A DNA stretch of 64,000 nucleotides, from contig OZ024740.1 in NCBI GenBank assembly GCA_964016885.1, positions 417,756,001 to 417,820,000 on the forward strand. The letters run 5' to 3'. Of this stretch, positions 1 to 15,000 are shown one piece after another. Source of the DNA: Eledone cirrhosa. Its lineage: Eukaryota. Each line of letters starts with the position of its first letter. Position 1 is the stretch's first letter. The notes under the pieces were generated by a model. It saw nothing but the letters and a program-made list of their open reading frames with translations, made no database searches and was not told the origin of the DNA. Made by a program: the position numbers and the translations under genes.

Positions 1-3000
1 TCCGAATTGAGAGACCACAGCTCTGATATTACAGACATGTGGCTAGAATGTCTCAGGAAAGAATCTCCGAATTGTGGGACCACAGGTTTGATATTACAGA
101 CATGTGGCTAGAATGTCACAGGAAAGAATCACTGAATTGAGAGACCACAGCTCTGATATTACAGACATGTGGTTAGAATGTCTCAGGTAAGAATCTCTGA
201 ATTGAGAGACCACAGCTCTGATATTACAGACATATGGTTAGAATGTCTCAGGAAAGAGTCTCTGAATTGAGAGACAATGGCTCTGATGTTACAGACATGG
301 GGTTAGAATGTCTCAGGAAAGAGTTTCTGAATTGAGAGACAACAGCTCTGATGTTAGAGACATGTGGTTAGAATGTCTCAGGAAAGAGTCTCTGAATTAA
401 GAGACCACAGCTCTGATATTACAGACATGTGGTTAGAATGTCTCAGGAAAGAATCTTAAATTGAGAGACCACAGCTCTGATATTAAAGACATGTGGCAAG
501 AATGTCTCAGGAAAGAATCTCTGAATTGAGAGACCACAGCTCTGATACTACAGACATGTGGTTAGAATGTCTCAGGAAAGAATCTCCGAATTGAGAGACC
601 ACAGCTCTGATATTACAGACATGTGGCTAGAATGTCTCAGGAGAAGAATCTCCGAATTGAGAGACCACAGCTCTGATATTACAGACATGTGGCTAGAATA
701 TCTCAGGAAAGAATCTCTGAATTGAGAGATCACAGCTCTGATATTACAGGCATGGGGCTAGAATGTCTCAGGAAAGAATCTCCGAATTGAAAGATCACAG
801 CTCTGATATTACAGACTTGTGGATAGAATGTCTCAGGAAAGAATCTCCGAATTGAAGGACCACAGCTCTGATATTACAGACATGTGGCTAGAATGTCTCA
901 GGAAAGAATCTCCGAATTGAGAGACGACAGCTCTGATATTACAGACATGTGGATAGAATGTCTCAGGAAAGAATCTTCGAATTGAGACGTCACAGCTCTG
1001 ATATTACAGACATGTGGTTAGAATGTCTCAGGAAAGAATCTCTGAATTGAGAGACGACAGCTCTGATATTACAGACATGTGGCTAGAATGTCTCAGGAAA
1101 GAATTTCTGAATTTAGAGACCACAGCTCTGATATTACAGACATGTGGCTAGAATATCTCAGGAAAGAATCTCCGAATTGATAGACCACAGCTCTGATATT
1201 ACAGACATGTGGCAAGAATGTCTCAGGAAAGAATCTCTGAATTGAGAGACCACAGCTCCGATACTACAGACATGTGGTTAGAATGTCTCAGGAAAGAGTC
1301 TCTGAATTGAGAGACGACAGCTCTGATATAACAGACATGTGGCTAGAATATCTCAGGAAAGAATCTCTGAATTGAGAGATCACAGCTCTGATATTACAGA
1401 CATGTGGCAAGAATGTCTCAGGAAAGAATCTCTGAATTGAGAGACCACAGCTCTGATACTACAGACATGTGGTTAGAATGTCTCAGGAAAGAATCTCTGA
1501 ATTGAGAGACCACAGCTCTGATACTACAGACATGTGGTTAGAATGTCTCAGGAAAGAGTCTCTGAATTGAGAGACCACAGCTCCGATATTACAGACATGT
1601 GGCTAGAATATCTCAGGAAAGAATCTCTGAATTGAGAGATCACAGCTCTGATATTACAGGCATGGGGCTAGAATATCTCAGGAAACAATCTCCGAATTGA
1701 AAGATCACAGCTCTGATATTACAGACATGTGGATTGAATGTCTCAGGAAAGAATCTCTGAATTGAGAGACGACAGCTCTGATATTACAGACATGTGGCTA
1801 GAATGTCTCAGAAAAGAATCTCCGAATTGAAAGACCACAGCTCTGATATTACAGACATGTGGCTAGAATGTCTCAGGAAAGAATCTCCGAATTGAGAGAC
1901 CACAGCTCTGATATTACAGACATGTGGTTAGAATGTCTCAGGAAAGAATCTCTGAATTGAGAGATCACAGCTCTGATATTACAGACATGGGACTAGAATG
2001 TCTCAGGAAAGAATCTCTGAATTGAGAGACCACAGCTCTGATACTACAGACATGTGGTTAGAATGTCTCAGGAAAGAGTCTCTGAATTGAGAGACCACAG
2101 CTCCGATATTACAAACATGTGGCTAGAATGTCTCAGGAAAGAGTCTCTGAATTGAGAGACCACAGCTCTGATATTACAGACATGTGGTTAGAATGTCTCA
2201 GGAAAGAGTCTCTGAATTGAGAGACCACAGCCCTGATGTTACAGACATGTGGCTAGAATGTCACAGGAAAATGTCTCTGAATGGAGAGACCACAGCTCTG
2301 ATACTACAGACATGTGGCAAGAATGTCTCAGGAAAGAATCTCTGAATTGAGAGACCACAGCTCTGATACTACAGACATGTGGTTAGAATGTCTCAGGAAA
2401 GAATCTCTGAATTGAGAGACCACAGCTCTGATATTACAGACATATGGCTAGAATGTCTCAGGAAAGAATGTTCGAATTGAGAGACCACAGCTCTGATATT
2501 ACAGACATGTGGCTAGAATGTCTCAGGAAAGAATCTTCGAATTGAGAGACGACAGCTCTGATATTACAGACATGTGGCTAGAATGTCTCAGGAAAGAATC
2601 TTCGAATTGAGAGACCACAGCTCTGATATTACAGACATGTGGATAGAATGTCTCAGGAAAGAATATCCGAATTGAAAGACCACAGCTCTGATATTACAGA
2701 CATGTGGCTAGAATGTCTCAGGAAAGAATCTCCGAATTGAGAGACCACAGCTCTGATATTACAGACATGTGGCTAGAATGTCTCAGGAAAGAATCTCCGA
2801 ATTGTGAGACCACAGGTTTGATATTACAGACATGTGGCTAGAATGTCACAGGAAAGAATCTCTGAATTGAGAGACCACAGCTCTGATATTACAGACATGT
2901 GGTTAGAATGTCTCAGGTAAGAATCTCTGAATTGAGAGACCACAGCTCTGATATTACAGACATATGGTTAGAATGTCTCAGGAAAGAGTCTCTGAATTGA

Positions 3001-6000
3001 GAGACAATGGCTCTGATGTTACAGACATGGGGTTAGAATGTCTCAGGAAAGAGTTTCTGAATTGAGAGACAACAGCTCTGATGTTAGAGACATGTGGTTA
3101 GAATGTCTCAGGAAAGTGTCTCTGAATTGAGAGACCACAGCTCTGATACTACAGACATGTGGTTAGAATGTCTCAGGAAAGAGTCTCTGAATTAAGAGAC
3201 CACAGCTCTGATATTACAGACATGTGGTTAGAATGTCTCAGGAAAGAATCTTGAATTGAGAGACCACAGCTCTGATATTACAGACATGTGTCAAGAATGT
3301 CTCAGGAAAGAATCTCTGAATTGAGAGACCACAGCTCTGATACTACAGACATGTGGTTAGAATGTCTCAGGAAAGAATCTCCGAATTGAGAGACCACAGC
3401 TCTGATATTACAGACATGTGGTTAGAATGTCTCAGGAAAGAGTCTCTGAATTGAGAGACCACAGCTCCGATATTACAGACATGTGGCTAGAATATCTCAG
3501 GAAAGAATCTCTGAATTGAGAGATCACAGCTCTGATATTACAGGCATGGGGCTAGAATATCTCAGGAAACAATCTCCGAATTGAAAGATCACAGCTCTGA
3601 TATTACAGACATGTGGATTGAATGTCTCAGGAAAGAATCTCTGAATTGAGAGACGACAGCTCTGATATTACAGACATGTGGCTAGAATGTCTCAGAAAAG
3701 AATCTCCGAATTGAAAGACCACAGCTCTGATATTACAGACATGTGGCTAGAATGTCTCAGGAAAGAATCTCCGAATTGAGAGACCACAGCTCTGATATTA
3801 CAGACATGTGGTTAGAATGTCTCAGGAAAGAATCTCTGAATTGAGAGATCACAGCTCTGATATTACAGACATGGGACTAGAATGTCTCAGGAAAGAATCT
3901 CTGAATTGAGAGACCACAGCTCTGATACTACAGACATGTGGTTAGAATGTCTCAGGAAAGAGTCTCTGAATTGAGAGACCACAGCTCCGATATTACAAAC
4001 ATGTGGCTAGAATGTCTCAGGAAAGAGTCTCTGAATTGAGAGACCACAGCTCTGATATTACAGACATGTGGTTAGAATGTCTCAGGAAAGAGTCTCTGAA
4101 TTGAGAGACCACAGCCCTGATGTTACAGACATGTGGCTAGAATGTCACAGGAAAATGTCTCTGAATGGAGAGACCACAGCTCTGATACTACAGACATGTG
4201 GCAAGAATGTCTCAGGAAAGAATCTCTGAATTGAGAGACCACAGCTCTGATACTACAGACATGTGGTTAGAATGTCTCAGGAAAGAATCTCTGAATTGAG
4301 AGACCACAGCTCTGATATTACAGACATATGGCTAGAATGTCTCAGGAAAGAATGTTCGAATTGAGAGACCACAGCTCTGATATTACAGACATGTGGCTAG
4401 AATGTCTCAGGAAAGAATCTTCGAATTGAGAGACGACAGCTCTGATATTACAGACATGTGGCTAGAATGTCTCAGGAAAGAATCTTCGAATTGAGAGACC
4501 ACAGCTCTGATATTACAGACATGTGGATAGAATGTCTCAGGAAAGAATATCCGAATTGAAAGACCACAGCTCTGATATTACAGACATGTGGCTAGAATGT
4601 CTCAGGAAAGAATCTCCGAATTGAGAGACCACAGCTCTGATATTACAGACATGTGGCTAGAATGTCTCAGGAAAGAATCTCCGAATTGTGAGACCACAGG
4701 TTTGATATTACAGACATGTGGCTAGAATGTCACAGGAAAGAATCTCTGAATTGAGAGACCACAGCTCTGATATTACAGACATGTGGTTAGAATGTCTCAG
4801 GTAAGAATCTCTGAATTGAGAGACCACAGCTCTGATATTACAGACATATGGTTAGAATGTCTCAGGAAAGAGTCTCTGAATTGAGAGACAATGGCTCTGA
4901 TGTTACAGACATGGGGTTAGAATGTCTCAGGAAAGAGTTTCTGAATTGAGAGACAACAGCTCTGATGTTAGAGACATGTGGTTAGAATGTCTCAGGAAAG
5001 TGTCTCTGAATTGAGAGACCACAGCTCTGATACTACAGACATGTGGTTAGAATGTCTCAGGAAAGAGTCTCTGAATTAAGAGACCACAGCTCTGATATTA
5101 CAGACATGTGGTTAGAATGTCTCAGGAAAGAATCTTGAATTGAGAGACCACAGCTCTGATATTACAGACATGTGGCAAGAATGTCTCAGGAAAGAATCTC
5201 TGAATTGAGAGACCACAGCTCTGATACTACAGACATGTGGTTAGAATGTCTCAGGAAAGAATCTCCGAATTGAGAGACCACAGCTCTGATATTACAGACA
5301 TGTGGCTAGAATGTCTCAGGAGAAGAATCTCCGAATTGAGAGACCACAGCTCTGATATTACAGACATGTGGCTAGAATATCTCAGGAAAGAATCTCTGAA
5401 TTGAGAGATCACAGCTCTGATATTACAGGCATGGGGCTAGAATGTCTCAGGAAAGAATCTCCGAATTGAAAGATCACAGCTCTGATATTACAGACTTGTG
5501 GATAGAATGTCTCAGGAAAGAATCTCCGAATTGAAGGACCACAGCTCTGATATTACAGACATGTGGCTAGAATGTCTCAGGAAAGAATCTCCGAATTGAG
5601 AGACGACAGCTCTGATATTACAGACATGTGGATAGAATGTCTCAGGAAAGAATCTTCGAATTGAGACGTCACAGCTCTGATATTACAGACATGTGGTTAG
5701 AATGTCTCAGGAAAGAATCTCTGAATTGAGAGACGACAGCTCTGATATTACAGACATGTGGCTAGAATGTCTCAGGAAAGAATTTCTGAATTTAGAGACC
5801 ACAGCTCTGATATTACAGACATGTGGCTAGAATATCTCAGGAAAGAATCTCCGAATTGATAGACCACAGCTCTGATATTACAGACATGTGGCAAGAATGT
5901 CTCAGGAAAGAATCTCTGAATTGAGAGACCACAGCTCCGATACTACAGACATGTGCTTAGAATGTCTCAGGAAAGAGTCTCTGAATTGAGAGACGACAGC

Positions 6001-9000
6001 TCTGATATAACAGACATGTGGCTAGAATATCTCAGGAAAGAATCTCTGAATTGAGAGATCACAGCTCTGATATTACAGACATGTGGCAAGAATGTCTCAG
6101 GAAAGAATCTCTGAATTGAGAGACCACAGCTCTGATACTACAGACATGTGGTTAGAATGTCTCAGGAAAGAATCTCTGAATTGAGAGACCACAGCTCTGA
6201 TACTACAGACATGTGGTTAGAATGTCTCAGGAAAGAGTCTCTGAATTGAGAGACCACAGCTCCGATATTACAGACATGTGGCTAGAATATCTCAGGAAAG
6301 AATCTCTGAATTGAGAGATCACAGCTCTGATATTACAGGCATGGGGCTAGAATATCTCAGGAAACAATCTCCGAATTGAAAGATCACAGCTCTGATATTA
6401 CAGACATGTGGATTGAATGTCTCAGGAAAGAATCTCTGAATTGAGAGACGACAGCTCTGATATTACAGACATGTGGCTAGAATGTCTCAGAAAAGAATCT
6501 CCGAATTGAAAGACCACAGCTCTGATATTACAGACATGTGGCTAGAATGTCTCAGGAAAGAATCTCCGAATTGAGAGACCACAGCTCTGATATTACAGAC
6601 ATGTGGTTAGAATGTCTCAGGAAAGAATCTCTGAATTGAGAGATCACAGCTCTGATATTACAGACATGGGACTAGAATGTCTCAGGAAAGAATCTCTGAA
6701 TTGAGAGACCACAGCTCTGATACTACAGACATGTGGTTAGAATGTCTCAGGAAAGTGTCTCTGAATGGAGAGACCACAGCTCTGATACTACAGACATGTG
6801 GTTAGAATGTCTCAGGAAAGAGTCTCTGAATTGAGAGACCACAGCTCTGATACTACAGACATGTGGTTAGAATGTCTCAGGAAAGAATCTCCGAATTGAG
6901 AGACCACAGCTCTGATATCACAGACATGTGGGTAGAATGTCTCAGAAAAGAATCTCTGAATTGAGAGACCACAGCTCTGATATTACAGACATGTGGCAAG
7001 AATGTCTCAGGAAAGAATCTCTGAATTGAGAGACCACAGCTCTGATACTACAGACATGTGGTTAGAATGTCTCAGGAAAGAATCTCTGAATTGAGAGACC
7101 ACAGCTCTGATATTACAGACATATGGCTAGAATGTCTCAGGAAAGAATGTTCGAATTGAGAGACCACAGCTCTGATATTACAGACATGTGGCTAGAATGT
7201 CTCAGGAAAGAATCTTCGAATTGAGAGACGACAGCTCTGATATTACAGACATGTGGCTAGAATGTCTCAGGAAAGAATCTTCGAATTGAGAGACCACAGC
7301 TCTGATATTACAGACATGTGGATAGAATGTCTCAGGAAAGAATATCCGAATTGAAAGACCACAGCTCTGATATTACAGACATGTGGCTAGAATGTCTCAG
7401 GAAAGAATCTCCGAATTGAGAGACCACAGCTCTGATATTACAGACATGTGGCTAGAATGTCTCAGGAAAGAATCTCCGAATTGTGAGACCACAGGTTTGA
7501 TATTACAGACATGTGGCTAGAATGTCACAGGAAAGAATCTCTGAATTGAGAGACCACAGCTCTGATATTACAGACATGTGGTTAGAATGTCTCAGGTAAG
7601 AATCTCTGAATTGAGAGACCACAGCTCTGATATTACAGACATATGGTTAGAATGTCTCAGGAAAGAGTCTCTGAATTGAGAGACAATGGCTCTGATGTTA
7701 CAGACATGGGGTTAGAATGTCTCAGGAAAGAGTTTCTGAATTGAGAGACAACAGCTCTGATGTTAGAGACATGTGGTTAGAATGTCTCAGGAAAGTGTCT
7801 CTGAATTGAGAGACCACAGCTCTGATACTACAGACATGTGGTTAGAATGTCTCAGGAAAGAGTCTCTGAATTAAGAGACCACAGCTCTGATATTACAGAC
7901 ATGTGGTTAGAATGTCTCAGGAAAGAATCTTGAATTGAGAGACCACAGCTCTGATATTACAGACATGTGGCAAGAATGTCTCAGGAAAGAATCTCTGAAT
8001 TGAGAGACCACAGCTCTGATACTACAGACATGTGGTTAGAATGTCTCAGGAAAGAATCTCCGAATTGAGAGACCACAGCTCTGATATTACAGACATGTGG
8101 CTAGAATGTCTCAGGAGAAGAATCTCCGAATTGAGAGACCACAGCTCTGATATTACAGACATGTGGCTAGAATATCTCAGGAAAGAATCTCTGAATTGAG
8201 AGATCACAGCTCTGATATTACAGGCATGGGGCTAGAATGTCTCAGGAAAGAATCTCCGAATTGAAAGATCACAGCTCTGATATTACAGACTTGTGGATAG
8301 AATGTCTCAGGAAAGAATCTCCGAATTGAAGGACCACAGCTCTGATATTACAGACATGTGGCTAGAATGTCTCAGGAAAGAATCTCCGAATTGAGAGACG
8401 ACAGCTCTGATATTACAGACATGTGGATAGAATGTCTCAGGAAAGAATCTTCGAATTGAGACGTCACAGCTCTGATATTACAGACATGTGGTTAGAATGT
8501 CTCAGGAAAGAATCTCTGAATTGAGAGACGACAGCTCTGATATTACAGACATGTGGCTAGAATGTCTCAGGAAAGAATTTCTGAATTTAGAGACCACAGC
8601 TCTGATATTACAGACATGTGGCTAGAATATCTCAGGAAAGAATCTCCGAATTGATAGACCACAGCTCTGATATTACAGACATGTGGCAAGAATGTCTCAG
8701 GAAAGAATCTCTGAATTGAGAGACCACAGCTCCGATACTACAGACATGTGGTTAGAATGTCTCAGGAAAGAGTCTCTGAATTGAGAGACGACAGCTCTGA
8801 TATAACAGACATGTGGCTAGAATATCTCAGGAAAGAATCTCTGAATTGAGAGATCACAGCTCTGATATTACAGACATGTGGCAAGAATGTCTCAGGAAAG
8901 AATCTCTGAATTGAGAGACCACAGCTCTGATACTACAGACATGTGGTTAGAATGTCTCAGGAAAGAATCTCTGAATTGAGAGACCACAGCTCTGATACTA

Positions 9001-12000
9001 CAGACATGTGGTTAGAATGTCTCAGGAAAGAGTCTCTGAATTGAGAGACCACAGCTCCGATATTACAGACATGTGGCTAGAATATCTCAGGAAAGAATCT
9101 CTGAATTGAGAGATCACAGCTCTGATATTACAGACATGTGGATTGAATGTCTCAGGAAAGAATCTCTGAATTGAGAGACGACAGCTCTGATATTACAGAC
9201 ATGTGGCTAGAATGTCTCAGAAAAGAATCTCCGAATTGAAAGACCACAGCTCTGATATTACAGACATGTGGCTAGAATGTCTCAGGAAAGAATCTCCGAA
9301 TTGAGAGACCACAGCTCTGATATTACAGACATGTGGTTAGAATGTCTCAGGAAAGAATCTCTGAATTGAGAGATCACAGCTCTGATATTACAGACATGGG
9401 ACTAGAATGTCTCAGGAAAGAATCTCTGAATTGAGAGACCACAGCTCTGATACTACAGACATGGGGTTAGAATGTCTCAGGAAAGTGTCTCTGAATGGAG
9501 AGACCACAGCTCTGATACTACAGACATGTGGTTAGAATGTCTCAGGAAAGAGTCTCTGAATTGAGAGACCACAGCTCTGATACTACAGACATGTGGTTAG
9601 AATGTCTCAGGAAAGAATCTCCGAATTGAGAGACCACAGCTCTGATATCACAGACATGTGGGTAGAATGTCTCAGAAAAGAATCTCTGAATTGAGAGACC
9701 ACAGCTCTGATATTACAGACATGTGGCAAGAATGTCTCAGGAAAGAATCTCTGAATTGAGAGACCACAGCTCTGATACTACAGACATGTGGTTAGAATGT
9801 CTCAGGAAAGAATCTCTGAATTGAGAGACCACAGCTCTGATATTACAGACATATGGCTAGAATGTCTCAGGAAAGAATGTTCGAATTGAGAGACCACAGC
9901 TCTGATATTACAGACATGTGGCTAGAATGTCTCAGGAAAGAATCTTCGAATTGAGAGACGACAGCTCTGATATTACAGACATGTGGCTAGAATGTCTCAG
10001 GAAAGAATCTTCGAATTGAGAGACCACAGCTCTGATATTACAGACATGTGGATAGAATGTCTCAGGAAAGAATATCCGAATTGAAAGACCACAGCTCTGA
10101 TATTACAGACATGTGGCTAGAATGTCTCAGGAAAGAATCTCCGAATTGAGAGACCACAGCTCTGATATTACAGACATGTGGCTAGAATGTCTCAGGAAAG
10201 AATCTCCGAATTGTGAGACCACAGGTTTGATATTACAGACATGTGGCTAGAATGTCACAGGAAAGAATCTCTGAATTGAGAGACCACAGCTCTGATATTA
10301 CAGACATGTGGTTAGAATGTCTCAGGTAAGAATCTCTGAATTGAGAGACCACAGCTCTGATATTACAGACATATGGTTAGAATGTCTCAGGAAAGAGTCT
10401 CTGAATTGAGAGACAATGGCTCTGATGTTACAGACATGGGGTTAGAATGTCTCAGGAAAGAGTTTCTGAATTGAGAGACAACAGCTCTGATGTTAGAGAC
10501 ATGTGGTTAGAATGTCTCAGGAAAGTGTCTCTGAATTGAGAGACCACAGCTCTGATACTACAGACATGTGGTTAGAATGTCTCAGGAAAGAGTCTCTGAA
10601 TTAAGAGACCACAGCTCTGATATTACAGACATGTGGCTAGAATGTCTCAGGAAAGAATCTCTGAATTGAGAGACCACAACTCTGATACTAGAGACATGTG
10701 GTTAGAATGTCTCAGGAAAGAATCTCTAAATTGAGAGACCACAGCTCTGATATTACAGACATGTGGCAAGAATGTCTCAGGAAAGAATCTCTGAATTGAG
10801 AGACCACAGCTCTGATACTACAGACAAGTGGTTAGAATGTCTCAGGAAAGAATCTCCGAATTGAGAGACCACAGCTCTGATATTACAGACATGTGGCTAG
10901 AATATCTCAGGAAAGAATCTCTGAATTGAGAGATCACAGCTCTGATATTACAGACATGTGGCAAGAATGTCTCAGGAAAGAATCTCTGAATTGAGAGACC
11001 ACAGCTCTGATACTACAGACATGTGGTTAGAATGTCTCAGGAAAGAATCTCCGAATTGAGAGACCACAGCTCTGATATTACAGACATGTGGCTAGAATGT
11101 CTCAGGAAAGAATCTCCGAATTGAGAGACCACAGCTCTGATATTACAGACATGTGGCTAGAATATCTCAGGAAAGAATCTCTGAATTGAGAGATCACAGC
11201 TCTGATATTACAGGAATGGTGCTAGAATGTCTCAGGAAAGAATCTCAGAATTGAAAGACCACAGCTCTGATATTACAGACATGTGGTTAGAATGTCTCAG
11301 GAAAGAATCTCTGAATTGAGAGACGACAGCTCTGATATTACAGACATGTGGCTAGAACGTCTCAGGAAAGAATCTCTGAATTGAGAGACCACAGCTCTGA
11401 TATTACAGACATGTGGCTAGAATATCTCAGGAAAGAATCTCCGAATTGAGAGACCACAGCTCTGATATTACAGACATGTGGTTAGAATGTCTCAGGAAAG
11501 AATCTCTGAGTTGAGAGACCAAAGTTCTGATATTACAGACATGTGGTTAGAATGTCTCAGGAAAGAATCTCCGAGTTGAGAGACCACAGCTCTGATATTA
11601 CAGACATGTGGCTAGAATGTCTCAGAAAAGAATCTCCGAATTGAGAGACCACAGCTCTGATATTACAGACATGTGGCTAGAATGTCACAGGAAAGAATCT
11701 CTGAATTGAGAGATCACAGCTCTGATATTACAGACATGTGGTTAGAATGTCTCAGGAAAGATTCTCCAAATTGAGAGACCACAGCTCTGATATTACAAAC
11801 ATGTGGCTAGAATAGCTCAGGAAAGAATCTCTGAATTGAGAGATCACAGCTCTGATATTACAGACATGTGGTGAGAATGTCTCAGGAAAGAATCTCTGAA
11901 TTGAGAGACCACAGCTCTGATATTACAGACATATGGCTAGAATGTCTCAGGAAAGAATGTTCGAATTGAGAGACCACAGCTCTGATATTACAGACATGTG

Positions 12001-15000
12001 GCTAGAATGTCTCAGGAAAGAATCTCCGAATTGAGAGACGACAGCTCTGATATTACAGACATGTGGCTAGAATGTCTCAGGAAAGAATCTTCGAATTGAG
12101 AGATCACAGCTCTGATATTACAGACATGTGGATAGAATGTCTCAGGAAAGAATCTCCGAATTGAAAGACCACAGCTCTGATATTACAGACATGTGGCTAG
12201 AATGTCTCAGGAAAGAATCTCCGAATTAAGAGACCACAGCTCTGATATTACAGACATGTGGCTAGAATGTCTCAGGAAAGAATCTCCGAATTGAGAGACC
12301 ACAGGTTTGATATTACAGACATGTGGCTAGAATGTCACAGGAAAGAATCTCTGAATTGAGAGATCACAGCTCTGATATTACAGACATGTCGTTAGAATGT
12401 CTCAGGAAAGAATCTCTGAATTGAGAGACCACAGCTCTGATATTACAGACATATGGTTAGAATGTCTCAGGAAAGAGTCTCTGAATTGAGAGACAACGGC
12501 TCTGATGTTACAGACATGGGGTTAGAATGTTTCAGGAAAGAGTCTCTGAATTGAGAGACAACAGCTCTGATGTTACAAACATGTGGTTAGAATGTCTCAG
12601 GAAAGTGTCTCTGAATTGAGAGATCACAGCTCTGATATTACAGACATGTGGTTAGAATGTCTCAGGAAAGAATCTCTGAATTGAGAGACCACTGCTCTGA
12701 TATTACAGAGATGTGGCTAGAATGTCTCAGGAAAGAATCTCCGAATTGAGAGACCACAGCTCTGATATTACAGACATGTGGTTAGAATGTCTCAGGAAGG
12801 AATCTCTGAATTGAGAGATCACAGCTCTGATATTACAGACATGAGGTTAGAACGTCTCAGGAAAGAATCTCTGAATTGTGAGATCACAGCTCTGATACTA
12901 CAGACATGTGGTTAGAATGTCTCAGGAAAGAGTGTCTGAATTGAGAGACCACAGCTCTGATATTACAGACATGAGGTTAGAACGTCTCAGGAAAGAATCT
13001 CTCAATTGTGAGATCACAGCTCTGATATTACAGGCATGTGGTTAGAATGTCTCAGGAAAGAGTCTCTGAATTGAGAGACCACAGCTCCGATATTACAAAC
13101 ATGTGGCTAGAATGTCTCAGGAAAGAGTCTCTGAATTGAGAGACCACAGCTCTGATATTACAGACATGTGGTTAGAACGTCTCAGGAAAGAGTCTCTGAA
13201 TTGAGAGACCACAGCTCTGATGTTACAGACATGTGTTTAGAATGTCTCAGGAAAGAATCTCCGAATTGAGAGACCACAGCTCTAATATTACAGACATGTG
13301 GCTAGAATGTCTCATGAAAGAATCTCCGAATTGAGAGACCACAGCTCTGATATTACAGACATGGGGCTAGAATATCTCAGGAAAGAATCTCTGAATTGAG
13401 AGATCACAGCTCTGATATTACAGGCATGGGGCTAGAATGTCTCAGGAAAGAATCTCCGAATTGAGAGACCACAGCTCTGATATTACAGACATGTGGATAG
13501 AATGTCTTAGGAAAGAATCTCCGAATTGAAAGACCACAGCTCTGATATTACAGACATGTGGCTAGAATGTCTCAGGAAAGAATCTCCGAATTGAGAGACC
13601 ATAGCTCTATTATTACAGACATGTGGCTAGAAAGTCTCAGGAAAGAATCTCTGAATTGAGAGATCCCAGCTCTGATATTACAGACATGTGGTTAGAATGT
13701 CTCAGGAAAGTATCTCTGAATTGAGAGATCACAGCTCTGATATTACAGACATGTGGCTAGAATGTCTCAGGAAAGAATCTCCGAATTGAGAGACCACAGC
13801 TCTGATATTACAGACATGTGGTTAGAATGTCTCAGGAAAGAATCTTCGAATTGAGAGACCACAGCTCTGATATTACAGACATGTGGTTAGAATGTCTCAG
13901 GAAAGAATCTCTGAATTGAGAGACCACAGCTCTGATATTACAGACATGTGGTTAGAATGTCACAGGAAAGAGTCTCTGAATTGAGAGACCACAGCTCCGA
14001 TATTACAAACATGTGGCTAGAATGTCTCAGGAAAGAATCTCCGAATTGAGAGACCACAGCTCTGATATTACAGACATGTGGCTAGAATGTCTCAGGAAAG
14101 AACCTCTGAATTGAGAGATCACAGCTCTGATATTACAGGCATGTAGCTAGAATGTCTCAGGAAAGAATCTCCGAATTGAGAGACCACAGCTCTGATATTA
14201 CAGACATGTGGGTAGAATGTCTCAGGAAAGAATCTCTGAATTGAGAGACCACAGCTCTGATATTACAGACATGGGGATAGAATGTCTCAGGAAAGAATCC
14301 CCGAGTTGAGAGACCACAGCTCTGATATTACAGACATGGGGTTAGAATGTCTCAGGAAAGAATCTCCGAATTGAAAGACCACAGCTCTGATATTACAGAC
14401 ATGTGGCTAGAATGTCTCAAGAAAGAATCTCCGAATTGAGAGACCACAGCTCTGATATTACAGACATGTGGGTAGAACGTCTCAGGAAAGAATCTCTGAA
14501 TTGAGAGATCACAGCTCTGATATTACAGACATGTGACTAGAATGTCTCAGGAAAGAATCTCATAATTGACAGACCACAGCTCTGATATTACAGACATGTG
14601 GTTAGAATGTCTCAGGAAGGAATCTCTGAATTGAGAGATCACAGCTCTGATATTACAGACATGAGGTTAGAACGTCTCAGGAAAGAATCTCTGAATTGTG
14701 AGATCACAGCTCTGATATTACAGACATGTGGTTAGAATGTCTCAGGAAAGAGTCTCTGAATTGAGAGACCACAGCTCTGATACTACAGACATGTGGTTAG
14801 AATGTCTCAGGAAAGAATCTCCGAATTGAGAGACCACAGCTCTGATATTACAGACATGTGTCTAGAATAGCTCAGGAAAGAATCTCTGAATTGAGAGATC
14901 ACAGCTCTGATATTACAGACATGTGGTTAGAATGTCTCATGAAAGAATCTCTGAATTGAGAGACCACAGCTCTGATATTACAGACATGTGGCTAGAATGT